A stretch of DNA of 64,000 bases from a bacterium (GCA_032250835.1 JAVVEA010000010.1:1-64000); one strand, 5' to 3'. Positions 1-15,625 are shown, counted from the stretch's first letter. The notes: a model not told the origin generated them from the sequence alone. Made by a program: numbers and translations.

Positions 1-9
1 AAAAACCAG

Positions 10-152
10 CCCCCAGGTGGCTCGCCGCTAAGACCCCGTACGCCAAACTACGCTAAAAGCCAAAACTCGCCCTCGCTGCGCTCGAAGCTCGAACAGTTGG
101 CTTTCTTAACGCTTCGTTTGGCTACGGGCTCTAAGCGCCTCACCAACGGGGG
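10..152. repeat. Long imperfect inverted repeat (~140 bp stem-loop element)
   Basis: Nested complementary segments: ccccc/ggggg, cgct/agcg, cccgta/tacggg, gccaaac/gtttggc, aaagccaa/ttggcttt, around a central ctcgccctcgctgcgctcgaagctc. Confidence 0.7.
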
Positions 153-176
153 TACCAAAAAAGACCTGTACCCGCC

Positions 177-555
177 AAGGAGCTTCGAGGCCGTAGGCCG
201 AGGGCGACGGGCGTAGCGAGGCGAGCACTGCGAGCGTTGCCCATATAAAGCATCGGCGCAGCCGATTCCCCATAGGGACTTTAAGACAAAACGTAGTCCA
301 GCAAGGATGGCCGTAATTCCAGATTCTATGTTCTGGGTTCTGGGGAGCACGAAGCTTTGGCTGGATAACAGCTTTGGGACTACTTTTTTTGGCTCATTAA
401 GGAGCTTCGAGGCCGTAGGCCGAGGGTGACGGGCGTAGCGAGGCGAGCACTGCGAGCGTTGCCCATATATAGCCATGCGCAGCCGACTCCCCATAGAGGC
501 TTTAAAGCGAAACTCAACCCAGCAAGGGGGGGAGTTCCAAGTTCTGGGGAAGTGC
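177..555. repeat. Two-copy direct repeat (copies start at 177 and 399, period 222 bp)
   Basis: aaggagcttcgaggccgtaggccgaggg(c/t)gacgggcgtagcgaggcgagcactgcgagcgttgcccatata identical but for one base; similarity continues with divergence through gcgcagccga.tccccatag, ccagcaagg and gttctgggga. Confidence 0.9.
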
Positions 556-629
556 ACGGTTATTGTTGGCCATTAGCCATGTTTGAGGATGTACCCCGGT
601 CAAGTCTGGGGGCCTTGACTAGAAAGCGC

Positions 630-658
630 TTGCTAGGCCCTGCGAGGTCGCCTATAAT
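630..658 (+). promoter_or_regulatory. Sigma70-type promoter for the small CxxC protein gene
   Basis: TTGCTA-17 bp-TATAAT, followed by AGGAG and ATG at 684. Confidence 0.6.
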
Positions 659-683
659 GAGGAAAATTTTCTCTAGGAGCGCT

Positions 684-902
684 ATGAAACGCATCTTTGC
701 TAGCCTTGCCGCATCCACCTTGCCGGTGCAACTCTTTGCCTGTTCCGTCTGCTTTTCGGGTAAAGAAGATTTTTTAGAGGCCTTTTACCTCACCACCGCT
801 TTGTTGATTGTGTTGCCGCCAAGCATCTTGGGCACCGTGATCTACTTGATTCGACGCGCGGTCAAGCGCGCTCAGGCAGAACAGGCACAGGCCCAGGGTT
901 AA
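684..902 (+). CDS. Small (72 aa) membrane protein with CxxC after a signal-like segment
   Basis: MKRIFASLAA...LFACSVCF...one TM helix, basic tail; SD AGGAG upstream; more plausible start than 426. Confidence 0.65.
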   Translation: MKRIFASLAASTLPVQLFACSVCFSGKEDFLEAFYLTTALLIVLPPSILGTVIYLIRRAVKRAQAEQAQAQG

Positions 903-923
903 GTACACTAGCGGTCAGAGTTT

Positions 924-976
924 AAAAAAAGGGGGGGCTCCGGCTTTTGTATTCAAAAGCCTGGGCCCCTTTTTTA
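924..976. terminator. Intrinsic terminator, probably bidirectional
   Basis: A7-ggggggctccggcttttg...caaaagcctgggcccc-T run. Confidence 0.7.
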
Positions 977-1008
977 TTGCCCGCCTGCAGAAGGGACCGC
1001 AGAGCTTC

Positions 1009-1037
1009 TTGACAAAGCCCTGTGCCCCGCAGACAAT
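1009..1037 (+). promoter_or_regulatory. Putative sigma70 promoter for DUF420-fetAB
   Basis: TTGACA-17 bp-GACAAT. Confidence 0.45.
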
Positions 1038-1078
1038 CCGACCAACCCCTTTAGGCAACGGTAAATAGGAGAACCTAG

Positions 1079-1513
1079 ATGAGCGGTGGAGATTGGATCA
1101 TGACATTGCCCGCGATCAACGCGGGCCTAAACGGGACCGCAGCGGTGCTGCTGGTCGCCGGTGCAGTGGCGATCAAGCAGAAAAACGAGGCTTTCCATAA
1201 GCTGATGATGGCAACCGCATTTGTGGTGTCGGCTGTCTTTTTGGTGTTCTACCTGATCTACCACGCCCAGGTGGGGCATGTGGAGTATGAAGGCACTGGC
1301 TTGTCTAGGGTCATATATTTTGCGGTTTTGATCCCTCACATCATCTTGGCCATGGTGCAGGTCCCCTTGATCTTGGCCACTATGTACCACGCGATCAAGG
1401 ACAACCGGGAAAAGCACAAGCGTTTCGCCCGCTGGACTTTGCCGATTTGGTTATATGTTTCGGTTACCGGGGTCATTGTTTACCTGATGGTATTCCATCT
1501 TGATCCTAACTGA
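1079..1513 (+). CDS. DUF420/YozB-family membrane protein
   Basis: LPAINAGLNG, HKLMM, FLVFYLIYH, HIILA, HKRFARWTLPIWLYVSVTGVIVYLM motifs; 4 TM. Confidence 0.85.
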   Translation: MSGGDWIMTLPAINAGLNGTAAVLLVAGAVAIKQKNEAFHKLMMATAFVVSAVFLVFYLIYHAQVGHVEYEGTGLSRVIYFAVLIPHIILAMVQVPLILATMYHAIKDNREKHKRFARWTLPIWLYVSVTGVIVYLMVFHLDPN

Positions 1514-2112
1514 TGACCCAGGCTTTGTTGGAGGTCCAGGGGCTTTGCTTTCTGGACTACCAGCCAGTTGATCTTTTCTTAAATCCCGGAGAAATCCTGG
1601 GCCTTGAAGGGGCCTCAGGTGCCGGGAAATCCCTGTTATTTAAAGCCTTGGTTGATCTGATTCCCTGCCGGGGTGAAGTGCGCTTGGCGGGGCGTAGTCG
1701 TTCCTTGATGCCAGCGGCTCATTGGCGGCGTCAGGTCGGCTATTTAAGCGCCGAGAGCGCTTGGTGGGCCGACCGGGTAGGGGAGCATTTCAAAGGGGAT
1801 GTTAGCGCGCAGCTGCAATCCTTAGGCTTGCCGCTCGAATCGCTGGACTGGCCAGTGGCGCAGTGTTCCACCGGCGAGCGCCAAAGGTTGGCTTTAGTCA
1901 GACTACTGGAAAACCAGCCTAAGGTATTGCTGCTCGACGAGCCCAGCGCAGCGCTGGACCCCGGCAACGTGGGGAAGTTAGAGCAATTGATCTTTGATTT
2001 TGTGCGCCAGCCGGGCCAAGCGGTGGTCTTAACTAGCCATGACCCGAGCCAGCTTGAGCGGATGGTTGGACGGCGCTACCGGGTGGCTCAAAAGCGCATA
2101 GAGGCCCTTTGA
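1513..2112 (+). CDS. ABC transporter ATP-binding protein (FetA/YbbL-like)
   Basis: Walker A GASGAGKS, signature CSTGERQR, Walker B LLLDEP, H-loop TSHD. Confidence 0.8.
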   Translation: MTQALLEVQGLCFLDYQPVDLFLNPGEILGLEGASGAGKSLLFKALVDLIPCRGEVRLAGRSRSLMPAAHWRRQVGYLSAESAWWADRVGEHFKGDVSAQLQSLGLPLESLDWPVAQCSTGERQRLALVRLLENQPKVLLLDEPSAALDPGNVGKLEQLIFDFVRQPGQAVVLTSHDPSQLERMVGRRYRVAQKRIEAL

Positions 2113-2906
2113 TTCTGTTGGGTTACCCTGAATTAGCTTCGGTGGCTTTGTTGGTGCTGGCCTTAGCTGGAACCAGTTGGGCCATGAACCTGGGCGTTGG
2201 GCGTCGCGTCTTGATTGCAGCCCTACGCACGGTGATCCAGCTGGGCCTGATCGGTTTGGTCGTTAAGTCGCTCTTCGAGTTGCGCCAGCCTTGGCTGGTG
2301 GCCTTGGTTGCGCTGGGGATGCTGGCGGCGGCGGGGCGTGAAGTGGTGGCGCGTCAAAAAAGGCGGCTCAAGGGGCCTTGGGGCTTCGGAGTCGGAGCTG
2401 GGGCGATGTTTGTTTCGAGCTTTACGGTCACCCTCTTTGGGCTTTTGGTGGTGCTTAAGCCCGATCCTTGGTGGCACCCCCAATACGCTATTCCAGTAGC
2501 GGGGATGCTGTTGGGTAACACCATGAACGGGGTTTCCTTGGCGATGGGGCAGGTTACCGAGGCGGCCTTTAAGGAGCGCCCGGTGATCGAAGCTAGGTTG
2601 TTGTTGGGCCAAACGGCCCGCGAGGCGATGGGCGACATCCGGCGCGAGGCGATGAGAGTGGGGTTGATGCCCATTATCAACACCATGGCCGCCGCCGGAT
2701 TGGTGAGCCTGCCGGGGATGATGACCGGGCAAATCCTGGCCGGAGGCGACCCCTTAGAGGCTTCAAAATACCAGATCATGATTATCTTTATGATTGCTGC
2801 CGGGACCGGTTTCGGGGTGGTTGCCGCCGTTTGGGTCAGTGCGGCGCGGCTTTTTGACGAGCGGGATCGATTGCGCCCCGAGCGGTTGACCTCCTCGGGA
2901 CGATAA
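2109..2906 (+). CDS. FetB/YbbM (UPF0014) ABC permease
   Basis: RTVIQL, PQYAIPVAGMLLGNTMNG, GLVSLPGMMTGQILAG, YQIMI motifs. Confidence 0.85.
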   Translation: MILLGYPELASVALLVLALAGTSWAMNLGVGRRVLIAALRTVIQLGLIGLVVKSLFELRQPWLVALVALGMLAAAGREVVARQKRRLKGPWGFGVGAGAMFVSSFTVTLFGLLVVLKPDPWWHPQYAIPVAGMLLGNTMNGVSLAMGQVTEAAFKERPVIEARLLLGQTAREAMGDIRREAMRVGLMPIINTMAAAGLVSLPGMMTGQILAGGDPLEASKYQIMIIFMIAAGTGFGVVAAVWVSAARLFDERDRLRPERLTSSGR

Positions 2907-3203
2907 AAAAACTTTTACGACCTACCGAAAAAACGTTGACTTAGCAGAGGAATCGGCATAGTGATTATAGATTCCTTTACCTATGGCCCAATCTCCATCT
3001 GCGCTGAGTCATGAACCGACCCTCCCGCTGGCAACGTTTCCATGCCAATTTTAGCCCTTCCGTGGCTTCTCAGACGACCCTCTATCAGATCAAAGTTCAA
3101 AGCGTAGTGTACCCGGTGATGTGGGCATAGTCACCCTTGCAGAGTTAAAGGAATCCCAGGTCCAATCCCTGCGGCAAATCAACCATTTCCAAATGGCTAG
3201 AAC

Positions 3204-6200
3204 ATGACGAAAATCCCGCAAACCCAAAGGCTCCGCGTCGATTTCGGTAAAATCGAATCGGTGCTGAATCCGCCTGAATTGTTGCAGATCCAAAAGGAGT
3301 CCTACGCGTGGTTCCTGCAAAAGGATACCCCTCCTGAGCAGCGCGCCGAGCAGGGCCTTGAATCTGTCTTCAAATCGGTATTCCCGATTTCGGACTTTGG
3401 GGGCACCTGTACCCTTGAGTACGTGTCTTACCGATTAGGCGAACCTAAATACGACGAAAACGAATGCAAGATCAGAGGCGTCACTTTTGCTGCGCCGATC
3501 CGCGTTTCTTTGCGCCTGATCATCTGGGAGATGGATGAAAAAAGCGACCAACGCCGCATCCACGACATCAAAGAACAGGAAATCTACCTGGGCGAATTCC
3601 CGCTGATGACCGACACGGGCTCGTTCATTATCAACGGTACCGAGCGGGTGATCGTCAGCCAGCTGCACAAGTCCAGCGGCGTGTTCTTCAGCCACGACAA
3701 GGGCAAAAGCCACTCTTCAGGCAAGCTGCTTTACTCTGCGGGGATCATCCCCCAGCGCGGCTCTTGGGTGGACTTCGAGTTCGACGCCAAGGACCTTCTG
3801 TATGTCCGCATCGACCGCCGCCGCAAGTTTTTGGCCACCATCCTGCTTAAGGCTTTGGGCTATTCGGCCGCCGAACTGCTGGCCCGTTTCTACCCTGTAG
3901 AGCGGATCAAGCTGAAGGGTGCGCATAATTCTGACCCCGGCAAGCGCGTGTTCACCAAGTATTTTGATGCCACCAGCGCCCAAAACCAGCGCAGCATCGA
4001 AGACATTGTGGACCCTAAAGACGCCAGCAAGGTGATCTTAGCTAAGGGCAAGAAGATCAGCCGCGCCACGATCCGCAAAATCGTTGAAGCCGGCGTGGAA
4101 GAAATCCCCTCTAGCCTCGAAGACATCTTGGGCCGCTATAGCCTCAAAGACGTCAAGGGTTCTGACGGTGAATTGATCATCGAATGCAACCAGCCCTTGA
4201 GCGAAGAGGTCTTAGAGAAGTTGATCGAAGAGAAGATCGAAGAGATCGACTTGCTCTTTATGGGCAACAAGACCATCGGTGCTTCTTTCCGCAACACGCT
4301 GGCAGCGGATAAGGTCAACACCGCCAACGAGGCGATGATTGAGATTTACAAGAAGATGAAGCCCGGCGACCCGCCGACTTTAGAAGTGGCCAAGAGCCTG
4401 CTGCAAAATATGTTCTTCAACGCCGAACGTTACAACCTGTCGAACGTTGGCCGGATGAAGTTGAACAAGAAGCTGCACCTCAATGAGCCCTTGGAAAAGA
4501 CGGTCTTGACCAACGACGACATCATGGCGGTGGTCGAATATCTGTTGCGCCTTAAAGATGGGGCGGGCGGAGATATCGACGACATCGACCACTTGGGCAA
4601 CCGCCGGGTCCGCTCGGTAGGTGAGTTGTTGGAAAACCAAGTACGCATCGGTTTGGTCCGGATGGAACGCGCCATCAAAGAGCGCATGAGCCTCCAAGAG
4701 ACCGAAACCATGATGTTGCACGACATCATCAACAGCAAGCCGGTTAGCGCGGTCATCAATGAGTTCTTTGGCTCGAGCCAGTTGAGCCAGTTTATGGACC
4801 AGACCAACCCCTTGAGCGAGATCACCCACAAGCGCCGCTTGAGTGCTCTGGGGCCAGGTGGTTTGACCCGTGAACGCGCTGGCTTCGAAGTCCGCGACGT
4901 ACACACCAGCCACTATGGTCGGATCTGCCCGGTAGAAACCCCGGAAGGCCCGAACATTGGTTTGATTTCCTCGGTGGCGACCTATGCGCGCCTCAACGAG
5001 TTTGGCTTTATCGAGACGCCTTACCGTAAAGTGTCCGAGACCCACGTAACCGAAGAGATTGTGTTCCTTTCGGCCATCGATGAGGGACACTACAAGATCG
5101 CTCAGGCCAACGCGCTCTTAGACGATGACTCGAAGCTGGTACGTGATTACGTACAAGCGCGGGTAGGCGGCGAATTCAAGAACGTGCGTAAAGAAGACAT
5201 CGACTTCATGGACGTCAGTCCCAAGCAGTTGGTCTCTATTGCCGCTTCCTTGATTCCCTTCTTGGAGCACGACGACGCGAACCGCGCCCTGATGGGGAGC
5301 AACATGCAGCGTCAGGCGGTACCGGTAGTTAAGCCCCAGGCCCCCTTCGTGGGGACCGGTATGGAATACCAAGTGGCCCACGATTCCGGCTCTTGTGTGG
5401 TCGCCCGCCGTAGTGGTGTGGTGGACCGGGTCGATGCCGAGCGCATCGTGATCAAGGCGGACCTGGACCTTTCGGCTGAAGCCAGCGCGGTGGAGCCGAA
5501 CGTAGATATTTACCACCTACGAAAGTACCAGCGCAGCAACCAGAACACCTGTGTCAACCAGCGCCCCTTAGTTAAAGTGGGCGACCGGATCGACGCGGGC
5601 CAGATCATGGCCGATGGCGGTTCTTGCGAGTCCGGCGAATTGGCGCTGGGTCAGAACATGCTGATCGCGTTCATGCCCTGGAACGGTTACAACTACGAAG
5701 ACTCGATCCTCGTAAGCGAGCGGGTATTGCACCAAGACCGCTTCACTTCGGTTCACATCGAAGAGTTAGAAGTCTTGGCTCGTGACACCAAGCTAGGCAA
5801 AGAGATGATCTCCCGCGACATCCCCAACGTTAGCGAGCACGCGCTCCGCAACCTGGACGAGTCCGGCATCATCCGCATCGGTTCTTATGTTAAGTCCGGC
5901 GATATTTTGGTCGGTAAGACCACGCCTAAGGGCGAAACGCAGCTGAACCCCGAGGAGAAGCTGCTCCGCGCTATCTTCGGCGAAAAGGCCGGCGACGTTC
6001 GCGATACCTCACTGCGCGTGCCCCAGGGCATCGAAGGGGTGGTGATCGACGTAAAGGTCTTTAACCGCCGCGGCGTAGAGAAAGACGAGCGCACCTTGGC
6101 CATTGAAGATGGCATCATGGAGCGCTTAGAAGAAGACTTCATGGACGAGCTTCGGATCGTTAAAAAGGGCTTTTACGAGACTGTCTCGGGTATGCTGGTG

Positions 6201-7364
6201 GACCAGCCCCTGGGCATTGACCTAGTGATCCCCGCTACCGGTGAGAAGATCCTCAAGAAGGGCCACAAGCTCAGCGCCGAGGAACTGCAAGAACTACCCA
6301 CCGAAGCATGGTTGGGCTTAGGTTTGGCGGACAAAGACGAAAACTCCCGCCTACAAACCTTTGCCAAGAACGCCGCCAGCCAGGTGGAACTGTTGCACCA
6401 GGTTTATGAGTCCAAGAAGGAACGCGAGTTCCGCACCGACGACTTACAGCCCGGGGTGATCCGCGCCATCAAGATTTATGTCGCCATGAAGCGCCGCTTG
6501 AGCGTCGGGGACAAGATGGCTGGTCGCCACGGTAACAAGGGTGTGATCTCTCGGGTGATCCCGGTAGAGGAAATGCCTTACAACGAAAAAGGCCACTCTA
6601 TCGACATCGTCTTAAACCCCTTGGGCGTACCTTCGCGTATGAACGTGGGGCAGGTGTTAGAGACCCACTTGGGTCTGGCCGCCAAGGCTTTGGGCGACAA
6701 GCTCAACGACATGGTCCAGGCCAAACACCCGGTCAACCAAGTCCGCGAGATGATCTGCCGGGTTTACGAGAACAAGTACGTCCGCCAGCATTTAGAAAGC
6801 ATCTCTGATGAGGAGATGATGACCTTCGCCCAGAAGCAGCGTGAAGGCTTCTACTTCGCCACCCCGGTTTTCGACGGTGCTGAAGAGAACAAGATCCAAG
6901 ACCTGCTTGAGTACTGCGACCTGAACCGCACCGGTCAGATGGTGTTGTTTGATGGCCGCACGGGCGAGAAATTCGACCAGAAGATCACGGTCGGTTATCT
7001 CTACATGCTTAAGCTGCACCACTTGGTTGATGACAAGTTACACGCACGTTCCATCGGTCCCTACTCTTTGGTGACCCAGCAGCCCTTGGGCGGTAAGGCC
7101 CAATTCGGTGGCCAGCGCTTCGGCGAGATGGAGGTTTGGGCCCTAGAAGCATACGGGGCTGCTTACACGCTGCGCGAGTTGTTGACCGTTAAGTCTGACG
7201 ACATCCAAGGACGTAACAAGATTTATGAATCCATCGTCAAGGGGAACCACGACATTAAAACCGGAATCCCCGAGTCCTTTAAGGTCCTGATCAATGAGCT
7301 TAAGTCGCTTTGTCTCGACTTCCAGCTGATCCGTGACGGCGGTTTCTTCGAGGCAGAAGAATAG
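3204..7364 (+). CDS. rpoB: DNA-directed RNA polymerase beta subunit
   Basis: 1386 aa; [50 protein letters not shown]. Confidence 0.99.
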   Translation: MTKIPQTQRLRVDFGKIESVLNPPELLQIQKESYAWFLQKDTPPEQRAEQGLESVFKSVFPISDFGGTCTLEYVSYRLGEPKYDENECKIRGVTFAAPIRVSLRLIIWEMDEKSDQRRIHDIKEQEIYLGEFPLMTDTGSFIINGTERVIVSQLHKSSGVFFSHDKGKSHSSGKLLYSAGIIPQRGSWVDFEFDAKDLLYVRIDRRRKFLATILLKALGYSAAELLARFYPVERIKLKGAHNSDPGKRVFTKYFDATSAQNQRSIEDIVDPKDASKVILAKGKKISRATIRKIVEAGVEEIPSSLEDILGRYSLKDVKGSDGELIIECNQPLSEEVLEKLIEEKIEEIDLLFMGNKTIGASFRNTLAADKVNTANEAMIEIYKKMKPGDPPTLEVAKSLLQNMFFNAERYNLSNVGRMKLNKKLHLNEPLEKTVLTNDDIMAVVEYLLRLKDGAGGDIDDIDHLGNRRVRSVGELLENQVRIGLVRMERAIKERMSLQETETMMLHDIINSKPVSAVINEFFGSSQLSQFMDQTNPLSEITHKRRLSALGPGGLTRERAGFEVRDVHTSHYGRICPVETPEGPNIGLISSVATYARLNEFGFIETPYRKVSETHVTEEIVFLSAIDEGHYKIAQANALLDDDSKLVRDYVQARVGGEFKNVRKEDIDFMDVSPKQLVSIAASLIPFLEHDDANRALMGSNMQRQAVPVVKPQAPFVGTGMEYQVAHDSGSCVVARRSGVVDRVDAERIVIKADLDLSAEASAVEPNVDIYHLRKYQRSNQNTCVNQRPLVKVGDRIDAGQIMADGGSCESGELALGQNMLIAFMPWNGYNYEDSILVSERVLHQDRFTSVHIEELEVLARDTKLGKEMISRDIPNVSEHALRNLDESGIIRIGSYVKSGDILVGKTTPKGETQLNPEEKLLRAIFGEKAGDVRDTSLRVPQGIEGVVIDVKVFNRRGVEKDERTLAIEDGIMERLEEDFMDELRIVKKGFYETVSGMLVDQPLGIDLVIPATGEKILKKGHKLSAEELQELPTEAWLGLGLADKDENSRLQTFAKNAASQVELLHQVYESKKEREFRTDDLQPGVIRAIKIYVAMKRRLSVGDKMAGRHGNKGVISRVIPVEEMPYNEKGHSIDIVLNPLGVPSRMNVGQVLETHLGLAAKALGDKLNDMVQAKHPVNQVREMICRVYENKYVRQHLESISDEEMMTFAQKQREGFYFATPVFDGAEENKIQDLLEYCDLNRTGQMVLFDGRTGEKFDQKITVGYLYMLKLHHLVDDKLHARSIGPYSLVTQQPLGGKAQFGGQRFGEMEVWALEAYGAAYTLRELLTVKSDDIQGRNKIYESIVKGNHDIKTGIPESFKVLINELKSLCLDFQLIRDGGFFEAEE

Positions 7365-7424
7365 GACCCTATAAAGACTCGAGTGGATTATGACGAACTT
7401 ATTGAACGTACCCCAAACTAGGAG

Positions 7425-11576
<4,152 letters not shown>

Positions 11577-11582
11577 GCTTCT

Positions 11583-13262
11583 ATGAGCCAGTCCTCCAAG
11601 GTGTCCAAGTTGGAGATGACCGGGGCCAAGGCCCTGGTCAAGCTACTCGAAAACCGGGGTGTCGAAGTGATCTTCGGCTACCCCGGTGGCGCCAACCTGC
11701 CGATATACGACGAACTTAGAGACTCCAAAATCCAGCACATCTTAACCCGGCACGAACAAGGCGCGGCCCATATGGCCGAGGGCTATGCGCGGGTAAAGGG
11801 CAGTGCCGGCGTTTGTCTGGCCACCAGCGGTCCCGGAGCGACCAATTTGGTGACCGGTCTGGCCGACGCATTTTTGGACAGCATCCCCCTAGTGGCCATT
11901 ACCGGCCAAATCCCGCGCAGTTTGATCGGATCAGACGCCTTTCAGGAGGTGGACTGCATCAACATCACCATGCCGGTGACCAAACACAACGAGTTGGTCA
12001 ACAAAGAATCCGAATTGGTCCGCGCCGTAGACGCAGCCTTTTATATCGCCAATTCAGGGCGTAAAGGGCCGGTGTTGTTGGACTTCCCTAGGGATGTCTT
12101 AGACAGCCCTTACCCCTACGACCTCCGCCAAAAATGCGATCTGCCCGGTTATAAGCCGACCGTTAAGGGGAACGTGGGACAGATCAAACGCGCCCTAAAG
12201 GCCATTGACCGCGCAACCCGCCCGGTGGTGTTGGTGGGCGGTGGTGTGGAGGCCTCTGGTGCGGTGAACGAAGTGTTGAGCTTTGTGCGTAAATGTAAAT
12301 TGCCGGTGGTGCGGACGTTGATGGCCACAGGCACCATATCGGCGGACGACGAGCTGTATCTGGGCCTGATCGGTACCCATGGAAACGCCATGGCGAACCA
12401 CGTGGTCAACCAAGAGGCGGACTTGATTTTGGTGGTCGGCGCTAAGATGAGCAACCGCAGCCTGATGCGTCCGGACCTATTTACCAAGGGGAGCAAGATC
12501 ATCCAGGTGGACATTGATCCCGCCGAGATCGGCAAAAACGTTCCGGTAGACATCCCCATTGTGGGGGACATCAAAGAAGTGTTCCGGGAGATGAACCGGC
12601 GCGTTGCAGACAAGCCGATCCGTGCGGACCAAGAAATCTGGGACCACCAAGCCCACCAAAAGTCTAAGACCATGTTGCCCAAGGCCGATGCGGCCGAGGC
12701 GATGGAATTGGTTTTTGATGCGCTTTCGATGGTCAACCGCAAGCTCAACGTCAGTACCGACGTGGGCCGCCACCAGATGTGGGCGAACCACCATATGACC
12801 AACCCGGACCATCTCCCGCTGATCACTTCTGGCGGTTTGGGGACTATGGGTTTTGGGTTGCCTGCCGCCATTGGTGCTTGGTTCGCGGACCGCGAAACAC
12901 CGGTGGTCAACGTTTCGGGTGACGGAAGCTTTATGATGAACATGCAAGAGTTCATCGTCGCCGTCGAGCATCAGGTGCCTTTGACGGTGATTATCGTCAA
13001 CGATTACCGCTTGGGCATGATCCGCGAGTTACAGGATATAAAGTACGGCAAACGCCACACCACCCACAGCTTCAACCGCGAGCCCGACTTTGCCGCCTTT
13101 GCTAAAGCCATGGGCGGCGTGGGGCGTAACGTGAGCCGCCCCGAACAACTCGAAAAGGTCTTCACCGAGGCGATCAACTCTCTTAAGGCCAATATTGTGG
13201 TGGTGGATCTGGAAATGCTCTTTAAGAATTCCAACCTTAAAGCCACCGAAAGGGCCAGCTAA
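11583..13262 (+). CDS. ilvB: Acetolactate synthase large subunit
   Basis: FGYPGG, RHEQGAAHMAEGYAR, TSGPGATN, SGGLGTMGFGLPAAIGA, ThDP motif GDGSF. Confidence 0.92.
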   Translation: MSQSSKVSKLEMTGAKALVKLLENRGVEVIFGYPGGANLPIYDELRDSKIQHILTRHEQGAAHMAEGYARVKGSAGVCLATSGPGATNLVTGLADAFLDSIPLVAITGQIPRSLIGSDAFQEVDCINITMPVTKHNELVNKESELVRAVDAAFYIANSGRKGPVLLDFPRDVLDSPYPYDLRQKCDLPGYKPTVKGNVGQIKRALKAIDRATRPVVLVGGGVEASGAVNEVLSFVRKCKLPVVRTLMATGTISADDELYLGLIGTHGNAMANHVVNQEADLILVVGAKMSNRSLMRPDLFTKGSKIIQVDIDPAEIGKNVPVDIPIVGDIKEVFREMNRRVADKPIRADQEIWDHQAHQKSKTMLPKADAAEAMELVFDALSMVNRKLNVSTDVGRHQMWANHHMTNPDHLPLITSGGLGTMGFGLPAAIGAWFADRETPVVNVSGDGSFMMNMQEFIVAVEHQVPLTVIIVNDYRLGMIRELQDIKYGKRHTTHSFNREPDFAAFAKAMGGVGRNVSRPEQLEKVFTEAINSLKANIVVVDLEMLFKNSNLKATERAS

Positions 13263-13801
13263 TGAGCGAAGAACGGCATGTAATCGCGCTGGAAGTAGAG
13301 GACAAGCCCGGCGTCTTGACGCGCATTTCCTCGCTTTTTTCGCGCCGCGGCTTCAACGTAGAATCCCTGACTGTGGGCCACACCCACCAGACCGGGATCA
13401 GCCGCTTCACGATCGTGGTCAAGGGGCAAGAAAACGACCTAGAGCAAATCCGCAAACAAAGCCAAAAGCTGATCCATGTGCTCAAAACCTACCATGTGAT
13501 CGACCGCGAAGAGGTCTTAGACGCAGAAAAGCCCGTTGCTGCGGGCAAACATGTAGAACATGCGGTGATGCGTGAATTGGCGATTGTGAAGGTGCATTAT
13601 GATGAATCTTCGTCGAAGGCGATCAACCATATTGTGGAGGTCTTCTCTGCGCGTATGTTGCACTGGTCCGGCGAAGATTTGGTGTTAGAATTTTCGGGAA
13701 CCGAATCTAAGGTAGATGCTGTGTTTGAGGAATTGAAGCATGTCACCGTGCTGGAGTCGGTCCGTACCGGCAAGATCGCCATGAGCATAGAAGGCAAATA
13801 A
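13262..13801 (+). CDS. ilvN: Acetolactate synthase small regulatory subunit (ACT)
   Basis: VEDKPGVLTRISSLFSRRGFNVESLTVG, C-terminal ESVRTGKIAM. Confidence 0.92.
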   Translation: MSEERHVIALEVEDKPGVLTRISSLFSRRGFNVESLTVGHTHQTGISRFTIVVKGQENDLEQIRKQSQKLIHVLKTYHVIDREEVLDAEKPVAAGKHVEHAVMRELAIVKVHYDESSSKAINHIVEVFSARMLHWSGEDLVLEFSGTESKVDAVFEELKHVTVLESVRTGKIAMSIEGK

Positions 13802-13807
13802 AGGAAT

Positions 13808-15625
13808 ATGAGCTTCAATAAAGACGTCCAGTCGAAGATCCGAAACTTTTGTATTATCGCCCATATTGACCACGGCAAATCCACGCTGGCCGACCGGATT
13901 CTGGATTTTACCGGAGCGGTAGACGCGCGCAACAAGAAGGCGCAGTTCCTTGATAGCATGGATATTGAGCGCGAGCGCGGGATCACCATTAAGTCCCAGA
14001 CCGTCTCGATCAAGTACCAAGCTAAAGACGGGATCACCTACCAATTCAACCTGATCGACACCCCCGGCCATGTGGATTTCACCTATGAAGTGAGCCGCAG
14101 TATTGCCGCTTGTGAAGGGGCTTTGTTGGTGGTGGACGCCGCTCAAGGGGTCGAGGCGCAGACGCTGGCGAACGTCTATCTGGCGGTGGAGCATGACCTG
14201 GAGATCATTCCGGTCTTGAACAAAATCGACCTGCCCGCCGCCGACCCGGACCGGGTGGCCCAGGAGATTGAAGAGGTGATCGGCATCGACGCCTCCGACG
14301 CGGTCCGGGCAAGCGCCAAGGCGGGTATCGGCATCGAAGAAATTTTAGAGCAGGTGGTCGCCAAGGTCCCGGCACCCGTCGGAGATTTGGATGCGCCCTT
14401 AAAGGCGCTGATCTTTGACTCCTGGTTTGATCCCTATCTGGGGGTGGTGGCGTTGTTTAGGGTGATGGAAGGCCGCCTCAAGCGCAATAGCATGATCCGC
14501 TTTATGGTGACCGGTAAGGATTACTTGATCACCTCCTTGGGCAAGTTTACGCCCTATAAGTTGGAAGTCGACGAGCTGTGCGCCGGTGAGGTGGGGTTTA
14601 TGTCGGCGAGCATCAAGAACATCAAGGATGTTAAGATCGGCGACACCATCACCCTCAAAGACCGCCCCGCCAAGTCTAAGCTGCAAGGCTACCACGAAGC
14701 CAAGCCGATGGTCTTTTCGGGTATCTATCCAGTAGACAGCAACGATTATGAAGACCTCAAAGAGGCGCTAGACAAATTGATCCTCAACGATTCGGCCATT
14801 ACCTTCGAACCCGAAAGCTCGGTGGCCTTGGGTTTTGGCTATCGTTGCGGTTTCTTGGGCATGCTGCACATGGAAATTGTGCAAGAGCGCCTGGAACGGG
14901 AATTTGACTTAAACCTGCTGGTCACCTCGCCCACCGTTGTCTACAAGGTGCATTTGGTTAAAGGGGAAGTCGTTGAGATCGAAAACCCCAGCGAACTGCC
15001 CGACCCTACCTTAATCGACCACATCGAGGAACCCTTTGTGTTGGGCAACGTGATTGTACCTTCGGAATATGTTGGTACGGTGATGAAGCTTTGCTTGGAG
15101 AAGCGGGGCGTCCAGCGGTCTTTGGATTATATCGGCGAGAAGCGGGTGAGCATCAAGTTTGAGTTGCCTTTAAACGAGATCGTGTACAACTTCTACGACC
15201 AGCTCAAATCCCTGACCCAAGGCTACGCTAGCTTTGATTACGACATCTTGGACTACCGCGCGGCGTTGTTGGTTAAGATGGATATTCTGCTCAATGGGGA
15301 TGCCGTCGATGCCTTGTCGATTGTGATCCACAAGGATAAGGCCTACGCCCGCGGACGTGAGCTAGCCAAAAAGCTAAAGGAACTGATCCCCCGCCAGATG
15401 TTTGAGATCGCCATCCAGGCAGCCATTGGGGCTAAGGTGATCGCCCGCGAGTCCATCGGGGCGATGCGCAAAAACGTAACCGCCAAGTGTTACGGCGGCG
15501 ACATCAGCCGCAAACGCAAGCTGCTGGACAAACAAAAAAAGGGCAAAAAGCGGATGAAGCAGTTAGGCAACGTGGAGGTGCCCCAAGAAGCCTTCTTGGC
15601 GATTTTGAAGTTAGGCGACGAATAG
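13808..15625 (+). CDS. lepA: Elongation factor 4 (LepA)
   Basis: [44 protein letters not shown]. Confidence 0.98.
   Translation: MSFNKDVQSKIRNFCIIAHIDHGKSTLADRILDFTGAVDARNKKAQFLDSMDIERERGITIKSQTVSIKYQAKDGITYQFNLIDTPGHVDFTYEVSRSIAACEGALLVVDAAQGVEAQTLANVYLAVEHDLEIIPVLNKIDLPAADPDRVAQEIEEVIGIDASDAVRASAKAGIGIEEILEQVVAKVPAPVGDLDAPLKALIFDSWFDPYLGVVALFRVMEGRLKRNSMIRFMVTGKDYLITSLGKFTPYKLEVDELCAGEVGFMSASIKNIKDVKIGDTITLKDRPAKSKLQGYHEAKPMVFSGIYPVDSNDYEDLKEALDKLILNDSAITFEPESSVALGFGYRCGFLGMLHMEIVQERLEREFDLNLLVTSPTVVYKVHLVKGEVVEIENPSELPDPTLIDHIEEPFVLGNVIVPSEYVGTVMKLCLEKRGVQRSLDYIGEKRVSIKFELPLNEIVYNFYDQLKSLTQGYASFDYDILDYRAALLVKMDILLNGDAVDALSIVIHKDKAYARGRELAKKLKELIPRQMFEIAIQAAIGAKVIARESIGAMRKNVTAKCYGGDISRKRKLLDKQKKGKKRMKQLGNVEVPQEAFLAILKLGDE

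Noticed and set aside
177..555. CRISPR array
   Set aside because: Only two long copies, the intervening sequences are themselves similar, unit length is far above CRISPR range, and there are no cas genes
48..557. 169 aa minus-strand ORF and the 426 start of the next ORF
   Set aside because: Both are translations of the palindromic repeat; a promoter and SD support a start at 684
4720..4900. Rifampicin-resistance changes or an intein in rpoB/rpoC
   Set aside because: Cluster I reads as the usual sensitive-type sequence, and subunit lengths are normal
13490..13570. ~16 aa insertion in the IlvN linker
   Set aside because: Lies in a variable loop between domains; no evidence of function
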